Positions 29,372 to 32,000 of a DNA stretch of 32,000 nucleotides are shown piece after piece (within the stretch, counting starts at the first letter, position 1; the number at the start of each line of letters is the position of its first letter). The translations under genes and the position numbers were made by a program. This DNA comes from Trichodesmium erythraeum IMS101 (GTDB lineage: Bacteria > Cyanobacteriota > Cyanobacteriia > Cyanobacteriales > Microcoleaceae). Below the pieces are notes generated by a model. That model saw nothing but the letters and a program-made list of their open reading frames with translations. It did no database searches and was not told the DNA's origin. The stretch covers positions 5,580,001 to 5,612,000 of the forward strand of contig NC_008312.1 of the NCBI RefSeq assembly GCF_000014265.1, given 5' to 3'.

Positions 29372-29405
29372 TTTTATCTAACATCTATTTTTATCTAACA
29401 TCTAT
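29372..29405. repeat. Perfect 17-bp tandem duplication in the apcA-apcB spacer
   Basis: TTTTATCTAACATCTAT occurs at 29372-29388 and again immediately at 29389-29405. Confidence 0.9.
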
Positions 29406-29419
29406 AAAGATATTTAGCC

Positions 29420-29905
29420 TTAACTCATAGCACCGATAACATAGTCAAAGTAAGTAGCAGCTTCGCTACCTGCTTCATAATCTAAAAGTGAACAAGTGAC
29501 AGTTTTCATGCAACGAACACCTTCAGCAACAGCTTCAATAGGAGTTCCTAAAGACTTATACATTTCACGAACGCCTACAAGTCCGATCTCTTCAATAGGA
29601 GTAACATCACCAGAGACAATACCGTAAGAAATTAAACGCAAATAATAATCAAGATCCCGTAAACAAGTAGCAGTCATCTCTTCACCGTAGGCATTACCAC
29701 CAGGAGAGACAACATCCGGACGCTTTTGGAATAGTTGTTGACCAGCTTCCTTAATAATTTTCTCACGAGATTCAGTCATAACTTGAGCAATCCTAACACG
29801 GGTTTCTCCAGCCTTGACAAAGTCTTTGATTCTCTCTAATTCACCGGGACTCAAATAACGAGCCTCGGCATCTGCATTAACAATTGATTTAGTAACAATA
29901 CTCAT
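29420..29905 (-). CDS. apcA: Allophycocyanin alpha subunit
   Basis: 161 aa. [27 protein letters not shown]... with [17 protein letters not shown] and the C-terminus [10 protein letters not shown]. Confidence 0.95.
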   Translation of the reverse strand: MSIVTKSIVNADAEARYLSPGELERIKDFVKAGETRVRIAQVMTESREKIIKEAGQQLFQKRPDVVSPGGNAYGEEMTATCLRDLDYYLRLISYGIVSGDVTPIEEIGLVGVREMYKSLGTPIEAVAEGVRCMKTVTCSLLDYEAGSEAATYFDYVIGAMS

Positions 29906-30489
29906 GCTCTCTTCCTATAAAGTTAAGGTAAAAGGTTGCTTGACATACTCCTAACGTTGTCCATAGTCAGGCAACATGGAGTTCTTCGACTCAATGTATT
30001 TGAATCATTGTTTATACAGAGGTAATGCCGTCCCTCTGTGTTTTTCTAAAACATTATAGCTTTTATTCCTCGGTTCCTTTACAGGAAAACATGGAATTTA
30101 TGGCCTAGATCTTAAAAATGAGTTAGCTAGTAAGAAGGAAAAATACTTTCTTACATAACTACCTTCAGCAAGTATTTTGAGGCATTTTGTTCACTTTCTC
30201 ATTATTTCCTTAATAGTTTGTAATATTTCCACAGAAATTTCTAGTTTTTCGGGCCAAAAATCTCATAATAACTTGACATATGACAAATATTCAAAAACTA
30301 TTGGTAATATATGCCCTTTTTATTTCATTGGAGGGGGCAGACAAAAGGTCATAGGCCTACTGGTAAGTCAAAACTTATAGTTGTTTGAATTAAGATTGAG
30401 ACAAAAATTGAGTAGAATAATTTTAAGTCAACTAGAAACTATTTTTCATCATACCTTACAGTTTAGACTTCAGACAAAAAGTCATAAAT

Positions 30490-31150
30490 TTTGTATAAAA
30501 TGGTGGTAAGATTACTGTAGTAGCTCATTTATTTGGAATAGGAGGAGCTTCGATATATAGATGGTTATCTCGCCCAAAATTGTCAGCAACTAAGGTAAAA
30601 TGTTGTCGAAGAAAATTAGATTGGAAAGAATTAGAAAAAGATGTTAAACCAAATCCAGAGTTTAAATTGGCAGACAGAGCTAAAAAAATTGGAGTTAATC
30701 AACCAGCTATATTTTATGCTTTGAAAAGAATTAAATTTCCTTGAAAAAAACAACTTCGTTATCGGGAAATAAATAGATGAGAAAGGATAAAATATTATCA
30801 GCTTTCCCTCTAAATTTTATCAAAAAATCTAGAAGTAAAAGCTTTGTATTTATAAATAAATCAGGATTTGAAGATAATCAAGACTGTATTTATACCTGGT
30901 CAAAAAAAGGGAAAAAAGTTTATGGCGAGCAAGAGGAAAAACGAGGTAAGAGAGAAAATTTAGTAGCCGGGAGAAGAAAAAAGGAAAAAGATTTAATAGC
31001 ACTAATTAGATTTAAATGATCCCTAAATACCGTGGTATTTGAAAAATGGTTAGAGCAACATTTATTACTACCATTAACAATTCCTAGTGTACTAATTATG
31101 GATAATTTACCAGTTCACAGAAAAAACCTTATTAGAGAAAGTGCTGATTA
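30490..31150 (+). pseudogene. IS630-family transposase relic, frameshifted and 3'-truncated
   Basis: The plus-strand frames read GGKITVVAHLFGIGGASIYRWLSR (HTH), ...KLADRAKKIGVNQPAIFYALKRIK, ...YGEQEEKRGKRENLVAG... and VFEKWLEQHLLLPLTIPSVLIMDNLPVHRKNLI (DDE region, D-N..H). Stops separate the pieces. Track ORF 30777-31019 is one of them. Confidence 0.6.
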
Positions 31151-31569
31151 ATTTTTTTAGTCATAAAAATCTCAAAATTCCTAGGGGTAAGAATTAGAGT
31201 TCGAGACAGTATCTCAAATTTGTACCTCAATAAATAATAAGTAGTTGACAAAGATTTAGCAATTGCTGTATATTTGAGGTGTTAGGTATAATATATGAAA
31301 CTCATCTCTACTTAAGGTTTAGAAAATTTATACCAATGTCAAGTAATTGCAAAAAATATCATTTGGTTTATTCTATCCAGGTAAAATTTTTTTATTAGAG
31401 GGTAAATTCAATTAAAAGAATAATGAAAACCTATACATATATCATCTAGTAACTAAGCAAGGTTGATACTGATAACTAATAAATGAAATGACTAAGTTGA
31501 AGTCAAAGGTAAAAAGTAAGATATGAAAAAAAAGTCAGGTATCTTGCTTCCCAAACTTCTGTTGATAGA

Positions 31570-31840
31570 TCAAAAAAACGCGAGGTAAAATTAACCACTC
31601 GCGTTTATGAAATTCACAATAGATTAAAACCTCATTGTTAGACTTTGTAATACTTTTGATATCTTCCCCAGTTGGAACGGAGGGTGTGAGCTTTATCATA
31701 ATTATATGTAACCGAAGCTCAAGGGCGGGTTGAAGTTTTACAGAATGCTGCAATTAAACTCATGCAGCAAGACTTGATACTAATCTTACCCTTACTTCCA
31801 CGTCTTTTTTTTTATTTCAGACTGCCCGCCCGCGACTAAT
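31570..31840 (-). ncRNA. Candidate structured small RNA of unknown family
   Basis: On the minus strand a TATAAT-like box (reverse complement of about 31848-31853) precedes GTCGCGGGCGGGCAG. GGGCGGG can pair with CCCGCCC about 85 nt downstream. This encloses a 7-bp hairpin, TGCTGCA..TGCAGCA. The unit ends at the terminator at 31576-31606. The overlapping 72-aa ORF reads through the terminator stem and looks non-coding. Confidence 0.3.
31576..31606 (-). terminator. Rho-independent terminator on the minus strand
   Basis: A perfect 9-bp stem, AAACGCGAG (31576-31584) with CTCGCGTTT (31598-31606). On the minus strand the stem's 3' arm runs into a U-run of about 8 (complement of the A-run at 31572-31578, which overlaps the arm). 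Confidence 0.55.
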
Positions 31841-32000
31841 TAAGTATATTATAACATATTTATTCAAAAAAAATAACTAAAAAGTCGCCGGCTTATGGGG
31901 GAAGCTTTAAACCCAATTCTTCGGTAACTGATACTAGATATCCGATCTAGAGCCAAGAAATCAAAAATTTACTCCAAGATATTTAGGAAACTGCTGCTAC

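Noticed and set aside
30017-30046. Hairpin ACAGAGG-N10-CCTCTGT followed by GTTTTT on the plus strand, upstream of apcA
   Set aside because: No plus-strand gene is available to terminate. On the minus strand it would sit in the apcA leader. A 7-bp stem alone is too weak to assign a function.
30177-30380. Plus-strand ORF of 67 aa upstream of apcA
   Set aside because: It is a hydrophobic, low-complexity translation of the apcA promoter and 5' region, with no supporting signal.
31535-31753. Minus-strand ORF of 72 aa
   Set aside because: It reads straight through a strong intrinsic terminator stem and through GC-rich paired segments. It is better explained as part of a non-coding RNA or as chance.

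Overview
AT-rich cyanobacterial chromosomal window. Evidence for the origin: HIP1 GCGATCGC palindromes, the allophycocyanin genes apcA/apcB/apcC, mutS, and a very large non-coding fraction. The style resembles Trichodesmium, but that is inference only. Five blocks, in order. (1) 1-2314: the 5' part of a P-type ATPase gene on the minus strand. (2) 2842-4248: a decayed IS630-like element that keeps its terminal inverted repeats. (3) 4506-12462: one plus-strand gene for a GH24 lysozyme / C39-like peptidase fusion, split into four exons by three homologous group II introns. Only the middle intron keeps a long reverse-transcriptase/maturase ORF. (4) 12.5-22.6 kb: an accessory, relic-rich region. 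It holds parA/parB-like fragments, an IS5/DDE_Tnp_4-like relic, a TPR gene fragment and a P63C-like phage-type gene. At its centre is an apparently intact three-gene cassette: a ParB-domain-fused N6/N4 DNA methyltransferase, a NurA-like nuclease and a HerA-like ATPase. I consider this cassette the best candidate for an undescribed defence-like system. (5) 22599-29905: mutS and apcA-apcB...apcC on the minus strand, followed by another IS630 relic and a possible small structured RNA. No rRNA, tRNA or CRISPR array was seen. All functional calls rest on reading motifs in the supplied translations and in my own frame translations. No database search was possible.
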